DNA of 64,000 nt from Myxococcales bacterium (lineage in GTDB: Bacteria > Myxococcota_A > Polyangia > Palsa-1104 > JAEUJZ01): positions 1 to 64,000 of the forward strand of contig JAEUKA010000028.1 in NCBI GenBank assembly GCA_016794465.1, in the 5' to 3' direction. Positions within the stretch are counted from its first letter, which is position 1, and every line of letters begins with the position of its first letter. A model generated the notes under the pieces. The model searched no databases. It saw only the letters and a program-made list of their open reading frames with translations, and was not told where the DNA came from. The position numbers and the translations under genes were made by a program. Below are positions 26,529 to 35,738 of the stretch, piece after piece.

Positions 26529-29453
26529 ATGAACGAGCGCGGCAGTCGCAAGATTCCGGTTACGGAGCGACAGTTTCTTTGGGTTCAGGACGACGACAAG
26601 GGAGAGGTGACGCTCCACGTTGGTCCGACGATGGTGTCACCGACCGCTGCCGATCGAGTGGTGATCGACGACGGCGCCGGCAGCTTCCGCGAGGACACCT
26701 CGGGGCGGCCACAGATGATGATCGAGGTCGGCGATCACCAGTACGCGGTGCTGTTCAATCCGCTGCTGGAAAACGACGGTGGCGCCAACGGTCGCTTCCG
26801 CATTGGCCGCAACGAGGCGCGTCCGCTGAAGAACGGCACCCGGGCGATGATTCCCGGTCCCTGTAGCTTCTTTCTGCGACCCGGACAGCGCTGCGAGGTG
26901 CGCGACGCTCACGAGCTGTCGGCGAGTCAGTACTTGGTGGTGAAGGCCTACGGTCCGGTGGATCGCTCGGCGCCGTACTTCGATGTGACGGTGCGCTCGG
27001 CAGCGATCACCCGGGCGACGGCGGAAGCGCTCGACGGGCGTCCGACGCCACTGCCCGACAAAGGCACCGATCAGGATCTCAAGCGCGGGCAGCTGATCGT
27101 TATCCGAGGCATTGATACCCAGTTTTACATTCCGCCCACGGGCGTTGACATTGTGCCGGACACCTCGGTGGACGAGTCGGGCGCAACCGTCAGTGCGACG
27201 ACGGCACAGAAGCTGATGCAGCAGATGCAGGCGCAGCTGAGCAAGCCGTCGCCTTCGACTGTGGCCCCGATGGCGCCACCGCTGGCCAAAAAAGGAAGTC
27301 TGAGCGAAGAAGAGCTGGAGCTGCGGCTCGAGGACGATGAGTCGCTAAGTGACAAGAGTCGTTCGCCGCGTCGAGCGGTCGCACAGTACCAAGCGGAAGC
27401 CGCTGCCCAGATGGTCGATCAGTCGGCACGGACCCGACAGCGAGTCGCACCACCTACGGCGATTCCTGCCCCGGCCGCTCCGGCTCGGGCTTCTGCTGCG
27501 CCACCACCGCCCCCTCCGCTGTCCGCTGCTTCGTCCGGTGCAGTTGCTGCGGCTCCTTCAGTCGGTGCGGCGACCGTATCGGTAGACGATGTCCTGTCTT
27601 CGGATGCTCTCCGCAAAGCGATCGAAAAAGAGGCACGGCAAGCGCGTCTTATTCGCAGCGCGGTGGTGCTAGGGGAAAAGGAATACTGCGTTCTCATCGA
27701 TCCAGACGGCAAGCGCGAGATCAAAGTGGGACCGGCGCGGGTCTTCCCAGGACCGTACGACACCTTCATGATCAAGGGCTCGCGCAATCGGGTCTACGAT
27801 GCGTATGAGCTGCTTCCCCAGCGCGCGCTGTGGCTGCGGGTGATCTCGCAGAGCAGTCGCGATGACATGGCCAAGAAGATGCCGCGCGGAGTCGAGCTGG
27901 ACAAAGAGCTGTACTATCCCGGCGACGAGCTGCTGCTGTCCGGAGTGTCCGGTTTCTTCTTTCCGTTCAACGAGATCGAGGTCCTGTCTCCGCATACCGG
28001 CGAGGCAGTGGTTGGGAATAACCACTCCAACGTCTTTATCGAAGCGATCGGAATCGATCAAAAGAGCGGCATCTATGTTCGCGATCTGACCACCGGAGAG
28101 GTGCGGCTGATTCGCGGCAAGCAGTCGTACTTGGTTGATCCTCGCAAAGAGATTCACATCACACGCGGTGTGAATCCGCATGACTGGAACCTGTGGATCG
28201 CCGCCAGTGAGCTGCACAAGCGGACCGATCGACATGTCACCACACCGTGGGCGATCTCGATCATTGTGCCGCACAACACAGCGGTATTGGCGACGAGCGC
28301 GGCGGGTCAGCGGGTGATTGAAGGACCATGCGTCACGCTGCTTGAGTATGAAGAGAACTTGGTGCCGCTGCGCCTGTCTACCGATACTCCCAAAGATGAC
28401 AGCAGTCCGCTGGTGACCTGCTTTCTGCGAACGATTGGGAATCGTGTCTCGGATGTGATTGAGATCGAGTCCGCTGACTTCGTCCGCATCAGCCTGCGCA
28501 TCACCGTGAGTGTGACCTTCCTACGTGATCACCGGGACAAGTGGTTTAACGCCGAGAACTACATTCAGGTGCTCTGTGATCACCTCCGTTCGATCGTTAG
28601 GAGTCGGACTCGGACGCTGTCTCTGTCGTCGCTGTGGCCGCAGCTTGCAGCCGTTGTCCGCGATACCATCTTGGGTCCACGCAGTGATGCCGATGGCAGT
28701 CGCAAGGGACGCTTCTTTGCGGAAAACGGAATGCTGGTGCATGAGGTCGAAGTCCTTGATGCAACGATCGAAGACGAGCAGATTGCCGAGATGATGCGGA
28801 GCGTCCAGAGAGAGTCGGTGACGCTAACGATTGGGGATCGGCAAGCGCAAGACAAGCTTCAATCGACCAAGCTCCGCGCCGAGCTAGAGCTAAAGACGCA
28901 CGAGCTACAAGCGCAGGTGCGAGAGCATGAGTCGAAGCTGCGCGAGCTGGAGCGCAAGCTGGTTCATGAGACGCGTCTTCTGGAGCTGCGGGATCGGGAA
29001 GCGATGGCGCGGGAACAGTCGCAGCTGGTAGCAGAGCGGGAAGCGAGCGAGCTGCGTCTGCGCTTGGATCGGGAGTCGGCGGCGCAGAGTGCAGCTCGGG
29101 AAGCGCTGCTCAAGGATGCGGCGACCAAAGCGCAAGCGGCGCAGTCTCTGCATGAGGAGGAGTTTGGACACCTGAGCCGCATCAAGGGACTGGACATGGC
29201 GCTGATCGATGCGCAGGCGCGTGCAGTGGTGGCAGAGCGAACTGCCGTTCAGCCGCAGCTTGTCGAAGCACTGACCGCGCTGGGTGACAAGACGCTGCTT
29301 GGTGAGGTGGCGCAGAACATGAACTTGGTGTCTCTGTTCCGGGGCAAAGAAGCGGGAGAGATTCTCAAGGAAGTGGTAGGTGGGACGCGCTTTGTGCCCG
29401 CCCTTCAGGAAGCGCTGACCGCCAAGCCGAAGTCGCCCGAGCCGAAGAAGTAG
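26529..29453 (+). CDS. Major vault protein (MVP) homolog
   Basis: About 975 aa, no signal peptide. N-terminal repeated ~55-aa beta modules with landmarks matching eukaryotic MVP (SFFLRPGQ vs SFFLQPGE; YCVLIDPDGKREIKVGP vs YCVILDPVGPDGKNQLG). Shoulder-like segment VIEIESADFVRISLRITVSVTF (cf. [21 protein letters not shown]). A ~150-aa coiled coil (LQSTKLRAELELKTHELQAQVREHESKLRELERKL...) in the cap-helix position, then a basic tail. A Pro/Ala-rich low-complexity insert sits inside the repeat region. Confidence 0.85.
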   Translation: MNERGSRKIPVTERQFLWVQDDDKGEVTLHVGPTMVSPTAADRVVIDDGAGSFREDTSGRPQMMIEVGDHQYAVLFNPLLENDGGANGRFRIGRNEARPLKNGTRAMIPGPCSFFLRPGQRCEVRDAHELSASQYLVVKAYGPVDRSAPYFDVTVRSAAITRATAEALDGRPTPLPDKGTDQDLKRGQLIVIRGIDTQFYIPPTGVDIVPDTSVDESGATVSATTAQKLMQQMQAQLSKPSPSTVAPMAPPLAKKGSLSEEELELRLEDDESLSDKSRSPRRAVAQYQAEAAAQMVDQSARTRQRVAPPTAIPAPAAPARASAAPPPPPPLSAASSGAVAAAPSVGAATVSVDDVLSSDALRKAIEKEARQARLIRSAVVLGEKEYCVLIDPDGKREIKVGPARVFPGPYDTFMIKGSRNRVYDAYELLPQRALWLRVISQSSRDDMAKKMPRGVELDKELYYPGDELLLSGVSGFFFPFNEIEVLSPHTGEAVVGNNHSNVFIEAIGIDQKSGIYVRDLTTGEVRLIRGKQSYLVDPRKEIHITRGVNPHDWNLWIAASELHKRTDRHVTTPWAISIIVPHNTAVLATSAAGQRVIEGPCVTLLEYEENLVPLRLSTDTPKDDSSPLVTCFLRTIGNRVSDVIEIESADFVRISLRITVSVTFLRDHRDKWFNAENYIQVLCDHLRSIVRSRTRTLSLSSLWPQLAAVVRDTILGPRSDADGSRKGRFFAENGMLVHEVEVLDATIEDEQIAEMMRSVQRESVTLTIGDRQAQDKLQSTKLRAELELKTHELQAQVREHESKLRELERKLVHETRLLELRDREAMAREQSQLVAEREASELRLRLDRESAAQSAAREALLKDAATKAQAAQSLHEEEFGHLSRIKGLDMALIDAQARAVVAERTAVQPQLVEALTALGDKTLLGEVAQNMNLVSLFRGKEAGEILKEVVGGTRFVPALQEALTAKPKSPEPKK

Positions 29454-29478
29454 TCCCTCCGCGCCTTCCTCTACAGAC

Positions 29479-29526
29479 TCCCAACACCGGACAGAGTCCC
29501 GATTCCCAACACCGGACAGAGTCCGG
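29479..29526. repeat. Tandem 21-bp repeat with embedded palindrome between convergent MVP and EF-hand genes (terminator candidate)
   Basis: tcccaacaccggacagagtcc at 29479-29499 and 29504-29524. The second copy forms ccggac-aga-gtccgg (29512-29526). Confidence 0.45.
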
Positions 29527-29531
29527 ATTCG

Positions 29532-30098
29532 CTACAGCTTGCCGCAGTAGAAGAAGTTTCCGGGTGCCTCGGGATCGTCGCTCATCATAAACTCCAGCGA
29601 GAGTGCAATCAGCTCGTCGAGCGTGAGCCGGCCATCTTGGTTGCGATCGAGGCGCGCAAACGTCGCCGCTGCATCCGCTGTAGAGCCCATCGCTTGCAGC
29701 AGCCGCGCATACTCATGAACGGTCAGAGACTGACTGCCATCTTGATCAATCAGCTCGATCACATCACGACAGACCTGAGTCAGCCAAGGGGACGCGACAT
29801 GCGCCGCGCGATGCACCAGAATCTGGCGCTCGAAGTAGCGCAAAAACTCGGGCAGAGACACCGAGCCGTCCCGATCTTTGTCCGCTCCGGAAGCCAAGCG
29901 ATGAAACAGATCGACTCTGCTCTCTAACAAACGGCGCGCGCGACGATCCTCTGCCGACAGCCCGAACGCCTGCTGAATCCGTCGTGCTTGCTCGCGAAAG
30001 TCGGACTCCGTAAGAGCCCCGCTTCCATCGACATCGTACATCGCAAAGAGCGTCGAAAACTTGCGTACCTGCAGCGGCGTGAGTGTCGTCTGTTCCAT
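29532..30098 (-). CDS. Four-EF-hand calcium-binding protein (calmodulin/calerythrin-like)
   Basis: Four canonical 12-residue loops: DVDGSGALTESDF, DKDRDGSVSLPEF, DQDGSQSLTVHEY, DRNQDGRLTLDEL. Start at internal Met MEQTTL (30098). Confidence 0.85.
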   Translation of the reverse strand: MEQTTLTPLQVRKFSTLFAMYDVDGSGALTESDFREQARRIQQAFGLSAEDRRARRLLESRVDLFHRLASGADKDRDGSVSLPEFLRYFERQILVHRAAHVASPWLTQVCRDVIELIDQDGSQSLTVHEYARLLQAMGSTADAAATFARLDRNQDGRLTLDELIALSLEFMMSDDPEAPGNFFYCGKL

Positions 30099-30338
30099 CG
30101 CGCATGTCCCCCAAAGAGTCCGGGTCATTTTCGCTGCGATTCCTATTTCTGTCTATACCGACCGCGCGAACGTCACCCCGACCTACCTAGGTGTACACTT
30201 CCGTTCCTCTGAGTTCAGCCGCATGGCACGACGAACGGACTGTCGCGGCACCCTTGTGATAATGATCTTCCTGTAGGACTCTTTTTTGAGCGGGCGACCC
30301 AAAAACGCGCTAGGAGTACGCCCAACATCGGGAGTAAC

Positions 30339-32792
30339 ATGCCTCAAAAGAGACAAATCACCATGCGGCTGACCAGTAGGATTCTCTCTCTGTGTGCCTT
30401 GCTCGTCGCCACTTGTGAAGGCCCTGTGGGGCCGAGCGGTCCGACGGGTCCGGAAGGAATGCCCAGCACTCCCGACACCATGTCGTGCGATCCCAGCCAG
30501 ACCGGACTCCGCGCCGAGCTATCGATCACTCCGCCAGCGCACGGCTCCTTCTATCAAGTCGGAGAAGCGCCGCTGCTTACCATCCGGCTCCTGAGTGGCT
30601 GTCAAAAAGTACTGGCTCCTGCCGAGCTGGGAACAGCGGCTCTGTATCTGGTAGGACCGCGTGGCGCCCTCACCACCCGCAGTGCCAACACGCTCCTCAA
30701 TGCGGTGACTGATCGCGCCGCCAAAGATCGCCAGCACCACTACATCAACCTGATCAGTCCGGCCTATGCAAACCCAAGTCAAGGCGGACTCAAGACGCTG
30801 CCAGATGGATCGCTACAGTATCAGCTGGCACCGATTACCAAGGAAGCGGCGGGCACCTACACCGCAGCGGTACGCGTCAAGTCGAAGGATGAAGTCGAGC
30901 AGATCTTCCCGATGCTTGATCTACAGATTGGCACGGCCACCGTCGAGAAATATGCCTCTGGAGATCCGAACGCATCCAGCTGTGCTGACTGTCACAAGGG
31001 ACCTTCCAGCGGCAAGATGTACATGCACCACATTGAGCCGGGCAGCTCTGCGGTGGGAAACTGGGCGCTCGATCTGTATCCGATCGCGACCTGCAAGCTG
31101 TGCCACAACCAAGACGGCTACAGCGCCAACTCAACGCTGCGCAAGGTTCACGCCGTTCATCGAGGAAAAAACCAAGCCAACCCCGGAGCGGCCCATCCAG
31201 AGTACGGAGTCCCGGCCGATGGCTCGCTGGCGCTGTACACCAACGTCGGCTTCCCCGTGATGCCGGATCAAGAGAAGGACTGCGGCAAGTGTCACCGCGA
31301 TGATCGCAACCTCAAGCTGCCTTCTCGTCAGGCCTGCGGTGCGTGTCATGATGCGCTGTTCTTTGATACCGGCACGCTGTCGCCACCCCGTACTTTCACG
31401 GGAACCTGCGCGGTGGATGCAGACTGTGCATCACGTGGCAGTCTCGCGAAGTGTAACACCGCACTCAGTGTCTGTCAGACGGCGACACATCCCAAACAGA
31501 GCGACGATGCGCAGTGCAGTACCTGCCACTCTGCCGACTCTTCCGGAATCTCTCCGATTCCCGATCGTCATGAAGTGGTCACGCGGACAAGAGTCCGCAA
31601 GATCAAGCTCAGTGAAGTCTCTGTAAGTGGCGGATCGGGACCGCTGGCGGCGATGATGGTGGGTGACACGCTCAAGCTCAGCTTCAAGCTGCTCGACGGA
31701 AAAGGTGCGCCGATCACCGATCTGAAGACCAATGCCACACTGTCCGGAACGCTGCTGATAGGGGGGCCGACCGATGATCGGCAGATGATCTTCCCATCGA
31801 TCAACATCAAGACCGGAACCGGACTTGTGTTTGATGCCGCGACCGCTGTCTATACCTATACGCACAGTGCGACGTGGCCGGCGAGTGCGCTGGCTCCGCT
31901 CAACAGTACGGGTCTTTTGCCACGAGCGAATCCGCCCGGAACGTACACCGCGTGGCTCTATGTCGTCGAGACTTCCACCTATAATGGCGTGCAGGTGCGT
32001 GATGTTGGAACCACGCTGGTGGACTTCCGGGTCGGTGGTTCCCAAGCGATTCGTCCGCGTCATGTGATCACCCGCGACTCCTGCAACTCCTGTCATGTGA
32101 TCGCGCAAGCCCACGGCGGAAGTCGCCGCGATGCCGAAGGCTGTTCGATCTGTCACACGGCTGGCGCAGTCGATCGCACCGTCGGTGCCAGAGGCGTTGC
32201 CTGTACCACCAGCAGTCAGTGTCCCGGCGCAGCAGCGGGCTGGGAGAGCTGTCAGGACACCAACGCAGATGCCAAGCTGGATACCTGCATCATCACGGTC
32301 GATCCGACTCCGGGACAGACCATCAAGTTCTCTGCGATGATTCACTCGACCCACTACGCCCGACGGCTGGGTGGCTATGCTGCGCGGAGCAGTCTGATCA
32401 AGCCGGGAGCGCTCACGTACATCGGCAACTCGAATCGGGTGTTTGATCTTTCAGAGATCCTGTTTCCCCAAGATGTCCGCAGCTGCGAAAAGTGTCACGG
32501 TGACTCTGGAGCAAGCTGCAGCGCCAACAGTCCCTGCGGAATCGGCCAGAGCTGTGTGTCTGGGAAGTGCAAGAACATCGCCTTTACAGCTGCTGACACC
32601 GCCGCTTGCCTGGGCTGTCACGACACCGCAGCAGCAGCCGGTCATGCCGCCCTAAATACCTGGACCGATCCAATGGGAAAGCCGGTGGAAACCTGCGCAG
32701 TCTGTCATGGTCCCACTGCTGAGTTTGCGGTCAGCAGAGTCCACAACATCAGCAGTCCCTACCAGCCTCCCTATTCACGCGAGAAGGAGTAA
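30339..32792 (+). CDS. Decaheme c-type cytochrome lipoprotein (outer-surface MtrC/OmcA-like candidate)
   Basis: GGGAG RBS. Lipoprotein signal (LSLCALLVATC). Ten CxxCH motifs (CADCH, CKLCH, CGKCH, CGACH, CSTCH, CNSCH, CSICH, CEKCH, CLGCH, CAVCH). 817 aa. Confidence 0.85.
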   Translation: MPQKRQITMRLTSRILSLCALLVATCEGPVGPSGPTGPEGMPSTPDTMSCDPSQTGLRAELSITPPAHGSFYQVGEAPLLTIRLLSGCQKVLAPAELGTAALYLVGPRGALTTRSANTLLNAVTDRAAKDRQHHYINLISPAYANPSQGGLKTLPDGSLQYQLAPITKEAAGTYTAAVRVKSKDEVEQIFPMLDLQIGTATVEKYASGDPNASSCADCHKGPSSGKMYMHHIEPGSSAVGNWALDLYPIATCKLCHNQDGYSANSTLRKVHAVHRGKNQANPGAAHPEYGVPADGSLALYTNVGFPVMPDQEKDCGKCHRDDRNLKLPSRQACGACHDALFFDTGTLSPPRTFTGTCAVDADCASRGSLAKCNTALSVCQTATHPKQSDDAQCSTCHSADSSGISPIPDRHEVVTRTRVRKIKLSEVSVSGGSGPLAAMMVGDTLKLSFKLLDGKGAPITDLKTNATLSGTLLIGGPTDDRQMIFPSINIKTGTGLVFDAATAVYTYTHSATWPASALAPLNSTGLLPRANPPGTYTAWLYVVETSTYNGVQVRDVGTTLVDFRVGGSQAIRPRHVITRDSCNSCHVIAQAHGGSRRDAEGCSICHTAGAVDRTVGARGVACTTSSQCPGAAAGWESCQDTNADAKLDTCIITVDPTPGQTIKFSAMIHSTHYARRLGGYAARSSLIKPGALTYIGNSNRVFDLSEILFPQDVRSCEKCHGDSGASCSANSPCGIGQSCVSGKCKNIAFTAADTAACLGCHDTAAAAGHAALNTWTDPMGKPVETCAVCHGPTAEFAVSRVHNISSPYQPPYSREKE

Positions 32793-32797
32793 CGGCG

Positions 32798-34462
32798 ATG
32801 CACTTGCGTGGTGGCGTTCTGACCAGCGCAAGAGTCCGTTTGTCGTCGCTGTGTGCGTCACTGCCGGTGCTCTTGATGATGCTGTTGGGAGTCGGCTGTG
32901 GAGATCCGCGCCCAACTCTGGGAACCCGCAGTCAGTGCATCAGCTGGAAGCAGGAGATTGCGCCCCTCCTTTCCGAAAACTGCGGTTCCTGTCATAGCGG
33001 CGGGAGTCCTGCCGGTGGACTCGATACCTCTTCGTACTTGGCCGTCTTGGGAGGCGGAGAGGTGCGGGTTCGTGCCGTCGCTGGTGATCCAGACTCGGTG
33101 CTGCTTCGGGTACTGAAGAAGGAGTCTGCAACGACCGCACATCAGGGCATCGCGGACTCTGTTCGCGAGCAGCTTCAGCACTGGGTGGTTGACTGCAAGG
33201 TGTCGTATCTGCGCTCTGTTCAGCATCAAGGGGGAGTCCTCAATCCCGATGATCCGCAGGGACAGTTTCACGGCACTCTGCTGCGTGCGACGGGCTACCA
33301 GCTGTCGGCCTGCACTGGCTGTCATGGTGAGGATCTGTCCGGAGGCAAGGCCAAGTCATCCTGTCTTACTTGTCATGCGCAGGGAGTCACGACCTGTGCG
33401 ACCTGTCACGCCCGACAGTCACCTGTTCACAGAGCCCACACGCAAGGCACGACCCAAGGCAAGTCCTTTGCTTGTGCAGCGTGTCATCCGCAGCCGCGCT
33501 TCTGGAATGATCCGGGTCACGTTTCCGAGGCTGATGGCTCTGCACGAACCACCAAGGTCCGGGTTGCGCTGGGCAGTCTGGCCAACCTCACTCCTTCCTC
33601 TTCCATGCGCTCTTCTGCGGCCACTTTTGACTCCGAAACCAAGCAGTGCACAAGTGTCTACTGTCATGGTGGGGTGTTCCCAGATCGCGCCGCAACCAAC
33701 ACCTCTCCGCTGTGGACAGGAGTCGCGAAAGAAGCGGAGTGCGGAACCTGTCATGGCCTGCCACCCAGCTCTCATGATGCGAGCCAGACCCGCTGCAGTC
33801 TGTGTCACAACCGCACCGCTACTGCCGATCAAAAGCTGCTGTCAGGAGGCCGGCATCTAAGCGGGATCAGCGAGATCGGCGACGGCAGCGGCACCTGTGC
33901 GGCTTGTCATGGTTACACCGGAAGTACTCCGTTTCAGGATCTCGCAGCACAGACCGACCAGACTCTGCTCGGAGTCGGCGCCCATGCCGCACACGTGAAT
34001 GCCAGCCATCGCTTGAGCGCTCCGCTTGCATGCAGTGAGTGTCATGGCAGTGTCACCCCGATTCCCAATACGTCTCGCCACGCCGTAACCGGACAAGGAG
34101 TCCGGATCTTTCCTTCTGGCAGCGGCGCCAAGCTGAGCGAATTGGAAGGAGCAAAGCCCACCTGGGATCGCCCAAGTGCGCGCTGCTCCACCAACTACTG
34201 TCACGGCGGTGGCAGCAAGCTGCTGACCGATCTGAGTCCGGGGGTGAATCGCACTCCGGTGTGGACGGCGAGCAGTCAGGCCTCTTGCGGATCGTGTCAC
34301 GGCATTCCGCCCAAGGATGGGAATCACACCGCTACCATGCGTCTTGTCGACTGCGCCACTTGTCATGCCAAGACGATCGATGCCAGCGGAACGATTCTGT
34401 TTGTCGGTCCGGTCGGCGCGCAAAAGACCACCCACTTGAACGGAGTCGCCGATGGCAACTAG
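32798..34462 (+). CDS. Multiheme c-type cytochrome (11 CxxCH + 2 CX4CH)
   Basis: Signal peptide; CGSCH, CTGCH, CLTCH, CATCH, CAACH, CGTCH, CSLCH, CAACH, CSECH, CGSCH, CATCH plus CTSVYCHGG and CSTNYCHGG. Starts 5 bp after the upstream cytochrome stop. Confidence 0.8.
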   Translation: MHLRGGVLTSARVRLSSLCASLPVLLMMLLGVGCGDPRPTLGTRSQCISWKQEIAPLLSENCGSCHSGGSPAGGLDTSSYLAVLGGGEVRVRAVAGDPDSVLLRVLKKESATTAHQGIADSVREQLQHWVVDCKVSYLRSVQHQGGVLNPDDPQGQFHGTLLRATGYQLSACTGCHGEDLSGGKAKSSCLTCHAQGVTTCATCHARQSPVHRAHTQGTTQGKSFACAACHPQPRFWNDPGHVSEADGSARTTKVRVALGSLANLTPSSSMRSSAATFDSETKQCTSVYCHGGVFPDRAATNTSPLWTGVAKEAECGTCHGLPPSSHDASQTRCSLCHNRTATADQKLLSGGRHLSGISEIGDGSGTCAACHGYTGSTPFQDLAAQTDQTLLGVGAHAAHVNASHRLSAPLACSECHGSVTPIPNTSRHAVTGQGVRIFPSGSGAKLSELEGAKPTWDRPSARCSTNYCHGGGSKLLTDLSPGVNRTPVWTASSQASCGSCHGIPPKDGNHTATMRLVDCATCHAKTIDASGTILFVGPVGAQKTTHLNGVADGN

Positions 34463-35738
34463 GCCGCTACAGCGCCGCTTGCGGAGTCTGTGGAAGGGTC
34501 TGTGCTGTGGCCTGGGAAGCGGACTCCTGCTCTGGCAGGGAGTCGCGCAGGCGGACTCTGTAGAGTTCAATGTCTCGACGCTGCTGGCCGGTCGTGCTGA
34601 TCCCCGCGATGGCGAAGTTCACACTGTGGTTCCGGTCTATCAGTCCCTGGGCGCACAGGCCACGATTCTGCGTCCGTACTTTGACAGCATTCACATTGTG
34701 ATGTCGGGCTGGGGCTCGGTACAGCTGGACATCGGTCGCAGCGAGTACTGGTCGGGAGACATCGATCTTGGCTACATCGACGGCAGCTTTGCCAAAAAGC
34801 GCTTGCAGGTGCGCGTCGGTCGCCAGTTTGTGATGGGCGGAGCCGCGCGCAGTGCCCAGCTCGATGGCGCAGTGACCACGCTACAGCTGTACAAAGGACT
34901 GGGAATCACGGCTTATGGTGGCATTCCGGTCACGCCGCGCTTTTCCGCGAGCCGGGGAGATGCGATGTTCGGCGGACGGATGTTCTATCGGCACTCCTTT
35001 GACACTGAAGTCGGTCTGTCGTTCAACCAAGTGATGGGCGAAGGACGAGCCGCGCGACAAGACCTGGCCGTCGACGCGCGCTATGTTCCACATCCCCAGA
35101 TCGCGCTGACCGGATATACGCTGTATGCCATTCCGGAAGCGCGGGTGGCGGAAGCAGACTTCTCTGTGACCTGGCTTCCCAACCTGAAGCTACAGTTTGG
35201 AGCAGACTATCGGCGCACTGCACCGGATCTGTTTCTGCCGCTCAACTCGATCTTCTCGGTGTTCTCGCAAGAGACGCGAGATGAGGTCGGTGGTACGGTG
35301 TATCTGCGACCGATCTCGCGGCTGCGCATCTATGGTGATCTGCGCGCGGTGGTGAACCTGGAGGGAGCCGGAGCGCGGGGCGGAGTCAAGGCAACGGTAG
35401 CACTGGGTCCGCGTGATCACACGACGCTGAGCGCGGAGCTGCGACTCCTCAAGCTACCAAACAACGGCTATGTCCAGGCGCGTCTGTATAGTACGCATCG
35501 ACTGCATCCAGCGTGGTTTGTGACGCTGGGTGCCAACAGTTACTTTCTCGATCAACCGATCAATGGACAGGGGTATTCCTTCACAGGAACCGGCACCGTG
35601 GCGGCAGAGCTGGGCCGGGGCTTCCGTCTGGTCGCCACTGGCTTTGCGGATGTGACTCCGTTTGTGGAGCGCCGCGTTGAGTTTGTGGTCAAGCTCGCCT
35701 ATCACGCCACGCAGACCTTCCGCGAGGTATCGAAATGA
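34452..35738 (+). CDS. Outer-membrane beta-barrel (porin-like) protein of the cytochrome operon
   Basis: Signal peptide (LLLWQGVAQA), alternating hydrophobic beta-strand pattern throughout, no Cys/heme motifs. 11-bp overlap upstream and 4-bp ATGA overlap downstream, so tightly coupled. Confidence 0.6.
   Translation: MATRPLQRRLRSLWKGLCCGLGSGLLLWQGVAQADSVEFNVSTLLAGRADPRDGEVHTVVPVYQSLGAQATILRPYFDSIHIVMSGWGSVQLDIGRSEYWSGDIDLGYIDGSFAKKRLQVRVGRQFVMGGAARSAQLDGAVTTLQLYKGLGITAYGGIPVTPRFSASRGDAMFGGRMFYRHSFDTEVGLSFNQVMGEGRAARQDLAVDARYVPHPQIALTGYTLYAIPEARVAEADFSVTWLPNLKLQFGADYRRTAPDLFLPLNSIFSVFSQETRDEVGGTVYLRPISRLRIYGDLRAVVNLEGAGARGGVKATVALGPRDHTTLSAELRLLKLPNNGYVQARLYSTHRLHPAWFVTLGANSYFLDQPINGQGYSFTGTGTVAAELGRGFRLVATGFADVTPFVERRVEFVVKLAYHATQTFREVSK

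Noticed and set aside
31431-32354. 307-aa minus ORF
   Set aside because: Antisense to the decaheme cytochrome gene, which has 10 CxxCH motifs and a lipoprotein signal.
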